Of a stretch of 64,000 bases of DNA, positions 37,360 to 47,256 are shown in pieces; positions within the stretch are counted from its first letter, which is position 1, and each line of letters begins with the position of its first letter. Made by a program: the position numbers and the translations under genes. The notes beneath the pieces were generated by a model. It saw only the letters and a list, made by a program, of their open reading frames with translations. It was not told where the DNA came from and ran no database searches. The DNA comes from Thermomicrobiales bacterium. GTDB taxonomy: Bacteria; Chloroflexota; Chloroflexia; Thermomicrobiales; UBA6265. The stretch lies in assembly GCA_023957115.1 (NCBI GenBank), contig JAMLHN010000001.1:92708-156707 (forward strand). The letters run 5' to 3'.

Positions 37360-38948
37360 CTATTCCGCGATGGTGACCGTCGCGAAGTTCGGGATCGTGC
37401 TGGGAGTTGGCTCGAAGCCCTGGATCTTCGTGTTCATGACGTAGTTGGTCTGCAGATCGAAGGGGAAGATCCCGACTGCGTCGTCCCAGATGATTTTGTT
37501 TGCCTGGGCGTAGAGCTCCAGCCGCATGTCTTGATCCGATTCGGCCGCGGCAGCCAGCAAGAGCTCGTCGAGCTCGGGATTGGCATAGCCAGTGCGATTG
37601 GCGGACGAGGTGTAGAGACGGCGCAATGTGAAGTCCGCATCGCCGGTGCGAACCGTGTTGGTCTGGAAGTCCATATCCCAGTCGAGCGCGAGCAGCTTCT
37701 CCAGCCAGGCGCCCTGCTCCATCTCCATGCTCTCGACATTGACGCCAATATCCGCCCAGTTTGAGACGAACGAAAGCACCAGCTCCCGATCCTGCGGTCC
37801 TGATCCCGGTACCCAGATGACATGCGTGTCGAACCCGTCGGGATACCCAGCCTCCGCCAGGAGCGACATGGCTCGTTCCGGATCGTAGGTATACGGAGTT
37901 TGCTCCGACCAGCCGAAAATGGTTGGCGGGATCGGTGCGGTTGCGACCACGCCGACGTTCTGCAGCAAGTCATTGGCCAGCGTTTCGCGGTCGAGCGCGT
38001 AATTCATTGCTTGCCGTACGCGTGCATCGGTGAATGGCTCGCGCGAGGAGTTGAACCAGTTGAAGTAATAGGCATATGACGGCGTGCTGTCGATGACCAG
38101 ATCGGGATTCTCGGCCAGGATCGGCAGTTGATCGGCGGGAAGACCCCAGGTGAAATCGATCTCACCGGTTTCGATGGAGGTTGCCTTGGCGGCGACTTCC
38201 GGAATGTCGCGGAAGACCAGCGTGCCGACGGCCGGGGCGTCTCCCCAGTAGGTATCGCTGGCAACCAGCTCGATCTGCGAGTCACGTTCCCAGGATGAGA
38301 ATTTGTATGGTCCCAGCCCAACCGGATTGTCGAAGAACCCGTCTTCGTTGGTGCCGGCTGCCGGAGTGATGTAGAGCAGAGTGGCGCTCGCAGGGACCGT
38401 GCCGAGCGGTTCACTGCATGTGATGGTTACGGTCAGATCGTCCGGGGTCCCGATTCGGTGACCGTCGCCCAGAGGGGACCGAGCGGGCCTTCGAGATCGA
38501 TCACCCGTTGCAGGGAGTTCTGGACATCCGCCGACGTGAACGGCGTGCCGTCTTGCCAGGTGACGCCCTCGCGCAGCGTGAACGTCCACGTGTTGCCGTC
38601 TGCCGACCATTCGGTGGCAAGGGACGGAAGAATGTCGCCCGAAGCACTGTCGCGCGTCATCAGCGTGCCGAAGATGTGTGTGGCGATGACCGCGGTCGGT
38701 TCCTCGACACTCTGGGCTCCATGCGGATCGAGCGAAACCAGCACGCGCTGCATCGCAATGTTGAGCTGCCCTTCGGGCGCGTCCTGCAGCGCGGCCAATG
38801 CGCCGCGCTCGAACGCCGATGCCAACGGCAGGCTCAATCCGAGCGCGGTGGCCGATTTGAGAAACGTTCGCCGGGAGATGATTCCCTGCCGTCGCCGTTG
38901 AATGAGCTCGTTCACATGCTGGGTGACGGTCGTGTCGATCGATGACAT
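37360..38948 (-). pseudogene. ABC importer substrate-binding protein, family 5 (peptide/nickel/opine type), Tat signal; one frame break near 38447
   Basis: The N-terminus (ORF 38433..38963) has SRRTFLKSATALGL. The remainder is in the frame of ORF 37360..39009 (..PDDLTVTITCSEPLG..GPYKFSSWERDSQIELV..). The junction WATVTESG|TPDD is consistent with loss of one A. Confidence 0.8.
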
Positions 38949-39062
38949 ACGCTGAACCTCCATCGTTTCCCCGGCAACTGCGCCGGTTCATGACTCGTCC
39001 TGCCAACACCGTGCCGGCAGGGGAGCTCCGGGGCGCCGTTCCGCACGGCGCCGGAGCTCATT

Positions 39063-39737
39063 TCAATCGCGATTCAAGACCTCCATGAAGGCGTCGAGCC
39101 CTTCGGTGACATGCAGGTGCATGGCGCTGGCGGCGGCGGCGGCATCACGCCGCTCCAAAGCAGCGATGATCGGCACGTGTCGCCGGGCTGTTGGAATGAC
39201 CAGGAACCGGACGTCGAGCAGGCGCGCGCGGTAGCCCTCGCCCCGGTCGGCAAGATTGTCGAGCGTGGAAATCAGTAGCGGCATCCGCGAGATGCGCCGG
39301 AGCCGCCGGTGAAAGTAGATATCGATACCGCGCAGGTGGCGGAGATCCGGCTCGGCCGACGACTCTGCGACGCCAAGCTCGTCATTGATGCTCGTGAGAT
39401 CGGCAATATCGGACTCGGTCGCGTAGGTGGCCGATTCGCGCGCGGACAGCGCCTCGAGCTCGGCGCGCATCAGATAGATCTGCCGAATATCGGCTGCGTC
39501 GAGCGGGGCGACGATCGCTTCCTTATGCGGAACGAGCCGAATGAACCCTTCGGCGGAAAGGCGTTTGAAGGCGTTTGCGACCGTGATGCGGCTGACTCCC
39601 AGCTCTTCGGCGATGCGGCTGCCGACGAGAGGTTCTCCTTCAGCCCAGCGGCCCTGGATGATCGCGCTGCGGAGCGCTTCATATGCTGCCTGCTCCCGGG
39701 TCTTCACGTCGACCCGGAATTCCGTTGCATATTGCAT
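39063..39737 (-). CDS. GntR-family transcriptional regulator, FadR/FCD subfamily
   Basis: Start ATG at 39737. wHTH segment LVGSRIAEELGVSRITVANAFKRLSAEGFIRLVPHKEAIV, followed by an FCD-like helical domain. Confidence 0.8.
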   Translation of the reverse strand: MQYATEFRVDVKTREQAAYEALRSAIIQGRWAEGEPLVGSRIAEELGVSRITVANAFKRLSAEGFIRLVPHKEAIVAPLDAADIRQIYLMRAELEALSARESATYATESDIADLTSINDELGVAESSAEPDLRHLRGIDIYFHRRLRRISRMPLLISTLDNLADRGEGYRARLLDVRFLVIPTARRHVPIIAALERRDAAAAASAMHLHVTEGLDAFMEVLNRD

Positions 39738-39894
39738 GCAACATACAGTACGCAATAGGGAACGGGGTGTCAAACTCAGAGTCCGGCTTCCGGGTGAAGC
39801 GTGGGGCATCAGAATGGCGGACGCGGATGCTCGAAGGGGCGTTCCGAGGAATGGGGTGCGGAGCCACTTTGCGCGGCCCCGCGCAAAGGGTGGA

Positions 39895-40311
39895 CTAGTC
39901 GATCGAGACGTCCGGGTAGTCTTCGACGTAGAAGTTGCCGTTGGTTCCGTAGTAGGTCACATTGCGCGCGTCGAAGTCGACGACATATCGAATGACCCCG
40001 GCCCGCCAGATGGCCTCGAGAAACGCCTGAAACGTGCTTTGTCCAGCCTGATCGGTGCGCAACGCTCTGATGATCGCGTCGCGATCGAAATCAGGGATGT
40101 CCTGGACGCCGCTGGCCACCGGAGTGCCCATTTGGACGACGGGACCTGCATCGGTGTAATAGACGCTTTGGGCGGCAGGGAGTGTCCACTCGTTGCCACG
40201 AACTCCTGCTCCGCGCAGAACTGCGGCCAGGGTCGGAAATCCTCCAATCTTGGGGCGAATCGACATGGCATGTCGTTGGGCGGCCAGAAGTGTCTCGATG
40301 GCGGTACTCAT
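39895..40311 (-). CDS. DUF1398 family protein
   Basis: 138-aa ORF (IGGFPTLAAVLRGAGV..YYTD..FQAFLEAIWRAGVIRYVVDF). A 4-nt overlap joins it to the upstream marR. Family assigned from memory of DUF1398 features. Confidence 0.55.
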   Translation of the reverse strand: MSTAIETLLAAQRHAMSIRPKIGGFPTLAAVLRGAGVRGNEWTLPAAQSVYYTDAGPVVQMGTPVASGVQDIPDFDRDAIIRALRTDQAGQSTFQAFLEAIWRAGVIRYVVDFDARNVTYYGTNGNFYVEDYPDVSID

Positions 40312-40772
40312 TCAGTCGTGCCTCTTTCCAGGAGCAAATTGTCCGCCTGTTGGTCGAGCCGCTGCAGCAGGCTCATGAGATATGCGTGCTCTTCCGGTGA
40401 GAGCTCGCCAAAGAACGACGCATCGTTGCGGTCCGCTTCGATCAAGAGACGCGGCGCCAAGGCAAGACCAGCATTGGTGAGCACGATGGAGACGCGCCGG
40501 CGCGAAGCTGGATCCGCGCTTCGGGCCACGAGCTCCTTGCTCGCCAATCGATCGACCAGCCGCGAAACCGCCGCCACATCGATCTGCAGGTAGCGGGCGA
40601 TCTCTCCCACCGTTGTCCCTTCGCCACGATAAAGCGTGACGAGCACGTTCCATTGCGAGACCGTGACATCGAAGGCCGCCAGCTTACGCTCGAAGCTGAC
40701 GTGAACCTTGTCTGAAAGCCGTCTGAGCCAGAATCCGAGATGATCGTGCAAACTCGAAGAAGAATCGTCCAT
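40308..40772 (-). CDS. MarR-family transcriptional regulator
   Basis: Probable ATG at 40772 (MDDSSSSLHDHLGFWLRRL). Contains TVSQWNVLVTLYRGEGTTVGEIARYLQIDVAAVSRLVDRLASKELV. Confidence 0.85.
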   Translation of the reverse strand: MDDSSSSLHDHLGFWLRRLSDKVHVSFERKLAAFDVTVSQWNVLVTLYRGEGTTVGEIARYLQIDVAAVSRLVDRLASKELVARSADPASRRRVSIVLTNAGLALAPRLLIEADRNDASFFGELSPEEHAYLMSLLQRLDQQADNLLLERGTTE

Positions 40773-40779
40773 AAGAGCA

Positions 40780-40810
40780 TATTGACATGACAACTATTGT
40801 CATGTCAATA
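40780..40810. promoter_or_regulatory. perfect 14-bp inverted repeat with 3-nt spacer immediately upstream of marR (candidate MarR operator/promoter)
   Basis: tattgacatgacaa cta ttgtcatgtcaata, checked by hand. It contains TTGACA on both strands and ends 8 nt from the ATG. Confidence 0.6.
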
Positions 40811-40914
40811 GTCCTGCTCGCATTGTTTTTGGCGTCGATGCTGGGCCGATATCCCGAGACGTCGTCGGAGTCGAGGAGAGGGCTCGGGCTTCGCTCCGGA
40901 GCGGTCGGCGCCCG

Positions 40915-41909
40915 TTAGTACGCCGGGACGTAGCTTGGATCAACCGCGCGGATGCCGCCCTGGGGCGGGGCGTACCCGTAGCCGGCGATCGTATCGACAA
41001 CCTGTTGGATGACCTGGTCCGGGGTCGAGGCTCCGGCGGTGACGCCGACCGTCGTTTTTCCATCGAGCCACTCGGGCTGAATGTCGTCCGGCCGCTCGAT
41101 ATGGTGACTTTCGACACCCATATGGGACGCGACCTCCGCCAGGCGTGCGGTGTTGCTGCTCTTGCGGCCGCCGATGGCGAACACGATGTCGCAATGATCG
41201 CGGTCGATCAGTCGCTTGAGGGCATTCTGGCGTTCACTGGTCGGTTCGCAAATCGTGTTGCACAGCCGGAACTCGCCGCCAGAGGCACCACCATTGCCTG
41301 GAGGTCCATAGCGAACTTCATCAGCTCGTCGACATTCTTGGTCGTTTGGCTGACGAGTGCCACCTTGCGCGGGGGGCTGATCTTGCCGTCGCCCTCTTCG
41401 CCGCGTTTGGCATTCCAGGGGAGATCTTCGATGTGCTTGGCCGCCACCGATTTGCTGGTCGCGGCCCAGCCGAGCACGCTTTTGACTTCCGGATGATAGG
41501 AGTCGCCGTACACGACCAGGAAGTACCCCTGGCGGACGAGCTTCTGCGCCAGTCGCTGGACTTTGGTCACCAGCGGGCAGGTCGTGTCGATGAGCTCCAG
41601 GTGTGCCTCACCGGCCTGCTGGGCCAGATGCGGTCCCATCCCGTGGGCGGTGATGGCGACTCGCTTGAACCCTTCGCGGGCGGCCGTGTCGACCGAATCC
41701 GCGCCGACGACTCCACGCTCACGCAACCGGGTGACCACCTGCGGGTTGTGGATGATGTCGCCGATTGGGGCGATAGGCGATGCGGGGTCGGCGGCCTCCT
41801 CGATGATATCGAGCGCGCGCCGGACGCCCCAACAATAGCCGAGCTCGTCGGCAACGACGATACGCCGCTCGGTGGCGTTCTCGGGTTCAGGTGATACGGA
41901 GGCAGTCAA
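40915..41909 (-). pseudogene. ispH: 4-hydroxy-3-methylbut-2-enyl diphosphate reductase; one frame break near 41283
   Basis: N-terminal 200 aa (GYCWGVRRA, ITAHG, IDTTCPLVTKV, VVYGDSYHPEV, LVSQTT) are in ORF 41208..41909. The C-terminus GGEFRLCNTICEPTSERQNAL..VFAIGGRKSSNTARL..GVTAGASTP is in the frame of ORF 40915..41184. Confidence 0.85.
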
Positions 41910-42243
41910 TGTTCAGCTCGTTTCTTAGGGCGAACGACGGGAGCAATGGGCGCTCGACCGGTCAATGCCGACCATAAAGTATAGCGGCTGCCGGGAGGTC
42001 TGTTGTCCTGGCAATGATGCCGTTATTGATTCCGCACTTCCAACCGGGATGAAAGCTCTTGACAAGAATTCGTCTCCAGAGATAATGGGCGCCGACGGTA
42101 AATTACAAAGCACCTTTCGGATTCTTGCGTTTGGATGAAAGGGGCAACGATTCGCGGTCCCCGAGCGTTCACGTCTGCTGACGAGCGCGGATCCGGGATC
42201 TTGACGAATTTGCGTGGTTCTTTGTATTCGAGGAAGGGACGGC

Positions 42244-43890
42244 ATGCACAAGTTCGAGAAAGAGGTCTACGAATACACCCGGCAGTGGGCGCAGTCGCTC
42301 AATCGACGGCAGTTGTTCAAAGGCGCTGGTGCGCTTGGAGCAGCAGCTGGGGTTGCTGCCATGAGTCCAGCGGCGCTTGGCGCCGCGCCTGGAACGTCGA
42401 GTGCGTCGTTGCGGCGCAACCAGGATGGCGCATCAGTCATCAAAATCGCACGCGGGCAAGTTTCGGACACGCTCGATCCACAGAAGACCTCTGGTCTGCT
42501 TGTGGCACACGAGGTCATGTGGCAGATCTACGATTCGCTGATCTACCTGCATGAAGACGGGACGGTCTACCCTGGTCTGGCGACCGAATGGGAGATCGCC
42601 GAAGACGGCTTGTCGGTGACATACCACCTGCGTCCGGATGTGCTTTTCCACGATGGGACGCCATTCAATGCGCAAGCCGTGGCGGATACCGTGGCCCGTC
42701 ATCTGGACCCAGCGATTGCGTCGCCCACGTCGTCCTATCTCGGCCCGCTCGCCGAGGTGCAGGTAGTCGACGACCTGACGGTGACCTATATCTACAGTGA
42801 GCCGTTCGCGCCGATGTTTGTCGGTCTCGGCTACTCGTATTGCGCTCCGATCAGCATCGCGGCGGCGACAGAGCTTGGCGACGATTTCGGTCGGAATCCG
42901 GTCGGTACCGGGCCGTACAAGTTCGTCGAGTGGACCGCGGACGACACCATCGTGCTCGAAAAGAACCCCGAGCACACGTGGTCGACGCCGTTCTATGAGA
43001 CGCAGAAGGAGCCCTCGATCGACCGAGTGGAGTTCGTCGTCATCCCGGAAGACGCCACGCGACTGGCCGCCCTCGTAGCGGGCGAGGTCGATGTGGTTGC
43101 CGGAACCGATGCGGTGCCGACTGACAAACTCGGTTCATTGTCGGAAGAGCCGGGCATCGAGATCTACACGCGACCAGCCGTGGGGGTCTATTACGCGTAC
43201 TTCAATCAGGCTATCGAACCGCTGAACGACGTTCGGGTTCGCCAGGCGATCCAGCACGCCGTTGACCTGGAAGCCATCGTTGCCCTGGTGCTCGATGGGC
43301 ATGGAGTTCCTGCAACCAGTGCGCTCGCGTCGGCGTTCGGAGCCTACAAGGACGATCTGCCGCAGTATCCGTACGATCCGGAGCGAGCCAAGGAGCTCCT
43401 GGCCGAAGCTGGCTATGCCGATGGGTTCGAGCTGACGTATCTCAACATTGCGTCGCCGGTCTATCAGCGTGTGGCTGAGGTGCTGCAAGAGTTCCTGGCC
43501 GAGGTCAACATCGAGCTGGCCGTGGAGTCGTACCCGGTGAGCGAATTGACGCCCAAGGCCGCCTCCGGCGAGTACGGCATGACCTTCTTCTATTACACCT
43601 ACAGCGATCCCGACATTCTGCACCTTATTTTGCGGACCGGCTCGCCGTTCGGTTGGTGCAACCACAATGACGATGAGTTCGACGGTTGGCTCGATCAGCA
43701 GCGTGTCACGATCGATCCAGATGCTCGGTTGGAGCTCTTGCACAACGCGCAGCAGCGCGTCAATGAACAAGCCTATGTCCTGATGCTCTGGGAGGGTGTC
43801 TATGCCGCGGCGATGAAGGAGTCCGTCGAGGGCCTGGCTATCGACTTGGTCGGATTCATCCACCTTCAGGAGATGTCTCTGGCGGAATAA
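42244..43890 (+). CDS. ABC importer substrate-binding protein, family 5, Tat signal
   Basis: ATG at 42244. Contains NRRQLFKGAGALGAAAGVAAMSPAALG, GTGPYKFVEW and PYDPERAKELLAEAGY. Confidence 0.85.
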   Translation: MHKFEKEVYEYTRQWAQSLNRRQLFKGAGALGAAAGVAAMSPAALGAAPGTSSASLRRNQDGASVIKIARGQVSDTLDPQKTSGLLVAHEVMWQIYDSLIYLHEDGTVYPGLATEWEIAEDGLSVTYHLRPDVLFHDGTPFNAQAVADTVARHLDPAIASPTSSYLGPLAEVQVVDDLTVTYIYSEPFAPMFVGLGYSYCAPISIAAATELGDDFGRNPVGTGPYKFVEWTADDTIVLEKNPEHTWSTPFYETQKEPSIDRVEFVVIPEDATRLAALVAGEVDVVAGTDAVPTDKLGSLSEEPGIEIYTRPAVGVYYAYFNQAIEPLNDVRVRQAIQHAVDLEAIVALVLDGHGVPATSALASAFGAYKDDLPQYPYDPERAKELLAEAGYADGFELTYLNIASPVYQRVAEVLQEFLAEVNIELAVESYPVSELTPKAASGEYGMTFFYYTYSDPDILHLILRTGSPFGWCNHNDDEFDGWLDQQRVTIDPDARLELLHNAQQRVNEQAYVLMLWEGVYAAAMKESVEGLAIDLVGFIHLQEMSLAE

Positions 43891-43986
43891 CACCGCTATC
43901 CGTCAGATCAGCAATGATCCTATTGCCGCAGTGGCCTCCCTGGCCACTGCGGATTCCGGCGCCCGGTTGCGCCGGTCGGCAGGTCC

Positions 43987-44976
43987 ATGGGGCGCTTCCT
44001 GATTCGCAGGCTGATTCATATGTTCGCCGTATTGGTGGCGGTGCTCATCATCGTGTCGCTCCTTTTGCGGTTGATCCCAGGCGACCCGGTTGATGCGATG
44101 ATGGCCGGCAATCCGGGCATGTCGCAGGAAAACATGGACGCGGTTCGGGAGCAGTTGGGGCTGACCGATCCGATGTACGTCCAGGTGATGAGTTACTCGC
44201 TCGATCTCCTTCGCGGAGATATGGGCGAGTCGCTGCGGTTTCGCTCTCCGGTCTTCCCGCTGATCATGGAGAAACTGCCCGCGACCATCGAGCTCACCGT
44301 GTTCGCCATGATCATGGCGATCCTGATCGCGATACCGCTCGGTATGATCACCGCGCTCCAACGCGATCGTCCGGCGGACTATCTCGGATCGATCGTGGCG
44401 GTGATCGGCATCTCGATTCCATCGTTTCTGCTTGGCATTCTGCTGATCCTGGTCTTTGCCGTGGAGTGGCGTATCTTCCCGGCAGCCGGCTACGGTGGCT
44501 CGTTGACGGGATCGATTCGTCATCTCGTGACCACGGGCGATCCGTCGCCCCTGGGGACAAGCCTGCGATATCTCTTCTTGCCGGGGATCACCCTCGGCGT
44601 CGCAGCAGCGGCCTACAACGCGCGCATGGTCCGCTCGGCCATGATCGAGGTGCTCGGGCAGGATTACATCCGTGCCGCGGAGGCCAAGGGACTTCCGCGG
44701 CGCACCGTAGTCCTGCGTCATACACTGCGCAATGCGTTGATCCCGGTCATTACGATCCTGGGGCTGCAGATCGGGTATCTGCTAAGCGGAGCGTTCGTCG
44801 TGGAAAACGTCTTCGCCTGGCCCGGTATCGGACGGTTCTCGGTCCAGGCCCTCTCGTGGCGCGACTACCCCACGATTCAAGGGATCGTGATGATCACGGC
44901 CCTGATTTTCCTGACGATCAATCTGCTGGTGGACGTCCTGTACGCGATGCTCGATCCAAGGATTCGCATCGGATGA
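43987..44976 (+). CDS. ABC importer permease (DppB type)
   Basis: MGRFLIRRLIHMFAVLVAVLIIVSLLLRLIPGDP and YIRAAEAKGLPRRTVVLRHTLRN. Confidence 0.85.
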   Translation: MGRFLIRRLIHMFAVLVAVLIIVSLLLRLIPGDPVDAMMAGNPGMSQENMDAVREQLGLTDPMYVQVMSYSLDLLRGDMGESLRFRSPVFPLIMEKLPATIELTVFAMIMAILIAIPLGMITALQRDRPADYLGSIVAVIGISIPSFLLGILLILVFAVEWRIFPAAGYGGSLTGSIRHLVTTGDPSPLGTSLRYLFLPGITLGVAAAAYNARMVRSAMIEVLGQDYIRAAEAKGLPRRTVVLRHTLRNALIPVITILGLQIGYLLSGAFVVENVFAWPGIGRFSVQALSWRDYPTIQGIVMITALIFLTINLLVDVLYAMLDPRIRIG

Positions 44977-45884
44977 GCAATGCGCAGATCGCTCAACCTG
45001 CGGCCGGCGTCACCTCTCCCCAACATCGAACCGGGGTGCGGAGACTTCTGCGTGAATTGTTTCGCAGCACCAAAGGGATGACGGGAGCCATTCTGGTGGG
45101 CCTGGCAATCCTGGCAGCGATCACCGCTCCGGTCGTTGCTCCACACAGTCCCACGAAGACATCGGTGCGAGCAAAGTTCGCCGAGCCGGTCTTCATCGAT
45201 CGCAGCTCGGATTTCCTATTGGGCGGTGACAACCTGGGCCGCGACACCTTCAGTCGCATTCTCTACGGCGCGCGCGCCTCGCTTGCTATTGGCTTCCTGG
45301 TCACGCTGGTCGCATCGGTCATCGGATCGTTTCTCGGGGCAGTTGCCGGGTTCCGCGGGGGAATCGTCGATACGCTCATCATGCGCGCGGTCGATCTGCA
45401 GCTATCCATGCCGTTCATCCTGCTGGCGATGATCGTGCTGGCCGTGCTGGGACCAGGCTTCTGGAGTGTGGCTATTGCGCTGACCCTGGCACTTTGGGTG
45501 AACTACGCCCGGTTGGTGCGAGGCGAGACGTTGCGTATTCGCGAGATGGAGTATGTCGTTTCGGCACGCGCAATCGGACTCGCCGATCAGAGGATTCTCA
45601 CCCGGCACATCCTGCCGAACATGCTGCATTCCATCCTCGTGCTGGCGACGCTGGACATGGCGTTCGTCATCATCTTCGAAGCGTCGCTGACATTTCTGGG
45701 ACTTGGCATTCAACCGCCTACGCCGACATGGGGTTTTATGCTGAGCGAAGGGCGCAACTATCTGTCCGAAAGCCCGTGGATGACCGTATTCCCCGCGACG
45801 GCGGTCATTCTCACCGTGGTTGGAATCAATCTGCTTGGAGACTGGCTACGCGATACCTTCGATCCGAGTCTGCGCACCCGCTAG
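44973..45884 (+). CDS. ABC importer permease (DppC type)
   Basis: The ATG at 44973 overlaps the upstream stop. Contains LGGDNLGRDTFSRIL and YVVSARAIGLADQRILTRHILPN. Confidence 0.85.
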   Translation: MSNAQIAQPAAGVTSPQHRTGVRRLLRELFRSTKGMTGAILVGLAILAAITAPVVAPHSPTKTSVRAKFAEPVFIDRSSDFLLGGDNLGRDTFSRILYGARASLAIGFLVTLVASVIGSFLGAVAGFRGGIVDTLIMRAVDLQLSMPFILLAMIVLAVLGPGFWSVAIALTLALWVNYARLVRGETLRIREMEYVVSARAIGLADQRILTRHILPNMLHSILVLATLDMAFVIIFEASLTFLGLGIQPPTPTWGFMLSEGRNYLSESPWMTVFPATAVILTVVGINLLGDWLRDTFDPSLRTR

Positions 45885-45917
45885 CTGCGTGCATGCGTGC
45901 ATGAAAGAGAGCCTTCG

Positions 45918-47225
45918 ATGACGAACGAACCCGTTGCCGCTGTTCTAGCCGAGATCGACGCTATGGAAGGCGAGATCCTCGAAGCGCTTTCAGAGCTGGT
46001 GCGCATCCCGAGTATTACACCGAAGTATCCTGGTCTCGACTACGATGCAAACGTCGGTGGAGAGTCTCGTTGCAATCAAGCCCTGGGCGTCCATATGCGC
46101 GCTGCCGGCTGCGAGATCGATCTCTGGAACAAGGAACCGGGTCGGGATAACCTGGTTGGCGTCGTTCGCGGCGCGGGCGAGGGAAGATCGCTCATCCTGA
46201 ACGGTCATGTCGATACCGTTCCCCCTGGCGATCCCGACACGTGGATGTGGGGCGATCCATGGAGCGGGCGCGTCGAGGACGGCAAACTCTACGGTCTTGG
46301 TTCGGTCGATATGAAGGCCGGGCTCGTGGCCATGACCAAGGCGGCCGATGCGCTCCGGCGTGCCGGTGTCACGCTGGCGGGAGATCTCATTCTCGAGAGT
46401 GTGGTCGGTGAAGAGACGATGGACCACACCGCCGGCGTGTCGGCCACGGTCGAGCGCGGATACCGCGCGGACGCCGCCATCGTGACCGAACCCAGTGGCT
46501 TTTCCAGCGCTCCGGTCGTGGCTCCTTGCTCTCCGGGAACCTTCTGGTTGCGGATCACGGTCCCCGGCAAAGCGACGCATGTGATGGTGCGTGGCAATCT
46601 CATCTGGCCGGGCGGCGAGGGCGAGCGGTACGGCGTCAATGCCATCGACAAGGGGTACCTCATCTACGACGCGTTGCGGCGGCTCGAAACGGAGTGGGGG
46701 TTGCATCGAAACCATCCCCTCTTTCCCCCGGGACATTTCACGATTGGGTTGAACCTGCTGTCGGGACGGCCGCCCGGACCTCCGGTGCCGTTCATCGTGC
46801 CGCATGAATGCGTCATGGACTACATCGTGATCTATCCTCCGGACGACGACCCAGAGGAGCTGAAAGCAGAAATCACGGCGTATCTGGATCGCACATTCGA
46901 CCAGGACTCCTGGTTGGCGATCCACCGGCCCACGCTCGAGTGGATTCATCACTGGCCAGCGTATGACACGCCAGTCGATCATCCGATCGTCTCGACCCTG
47001 TCATCCGCCCATAGCCGGACATTGGGGGTTGTTCCGAAGATCCAGGGGTTTCCGGCAGTCGATGACGCAACGTATTTGCAATTGGGAGGTATTCCATCGA
47101 TCAGTTATGGCCCGGGAGACATCATGGTGGCGCACTCGGTCGACGAGCATGTCTCTTGTCGAGAAGTGATCGACGCCTGCAAGGTGCTGGCGTCGACGAT
47201 CGTCGATTGGTGTGGAGTTGCCTGA
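45918..47225 (+). CDS. M20-family metallopeptidase (ArgE/DapE/ACY1-like)
   Basis: LVRIPSITPKY, LILNGHVDTVPPGD, GSVDMKAG and GEETMDH. The start is 45918 or 45897. Confidence 0.8.
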   Translation: MTNEPVAAVLAEIDAMEGEILEALSELVRIPSITPKYPGLDYDANVGGESRCNQALGVHMRAAGCEIDLWNKEPGRDNLVGVVRGAGEGRSLILNGHVDTVPPGDPDTWMWGDPWSGRVEDGKLYGLGSVDMKAGLVAMTKAADALRRAGVTLAGDLILESVVGEETMDHTAGVSATVERGYRADAAIVTEPSGFSSAPVVAPCSPGTFWLRITVPGKATHVMVRGNLIWPGGEGERYGVNAIDKGYLIYDALRRLETEWGLHRNHPLFPPGHFTIGLNLLSGRPPGPPVPFIVPHECVMDYIVIYPPDDDPEELKAEITAYLDRTFDQDSWLAIHRPTLEWIHHWPAYDTPVDHPIVSTLSSAHSRTLGVVPKIQGFPAVDDATYLQLGGIPSISYGPGDIMVAHSVDEHVSCREVIDACKVLASTIVDWCGVA

Positions 47226-47256
47226 AGCGGCGAAAAACGGAGGAAAGACCCAGACG

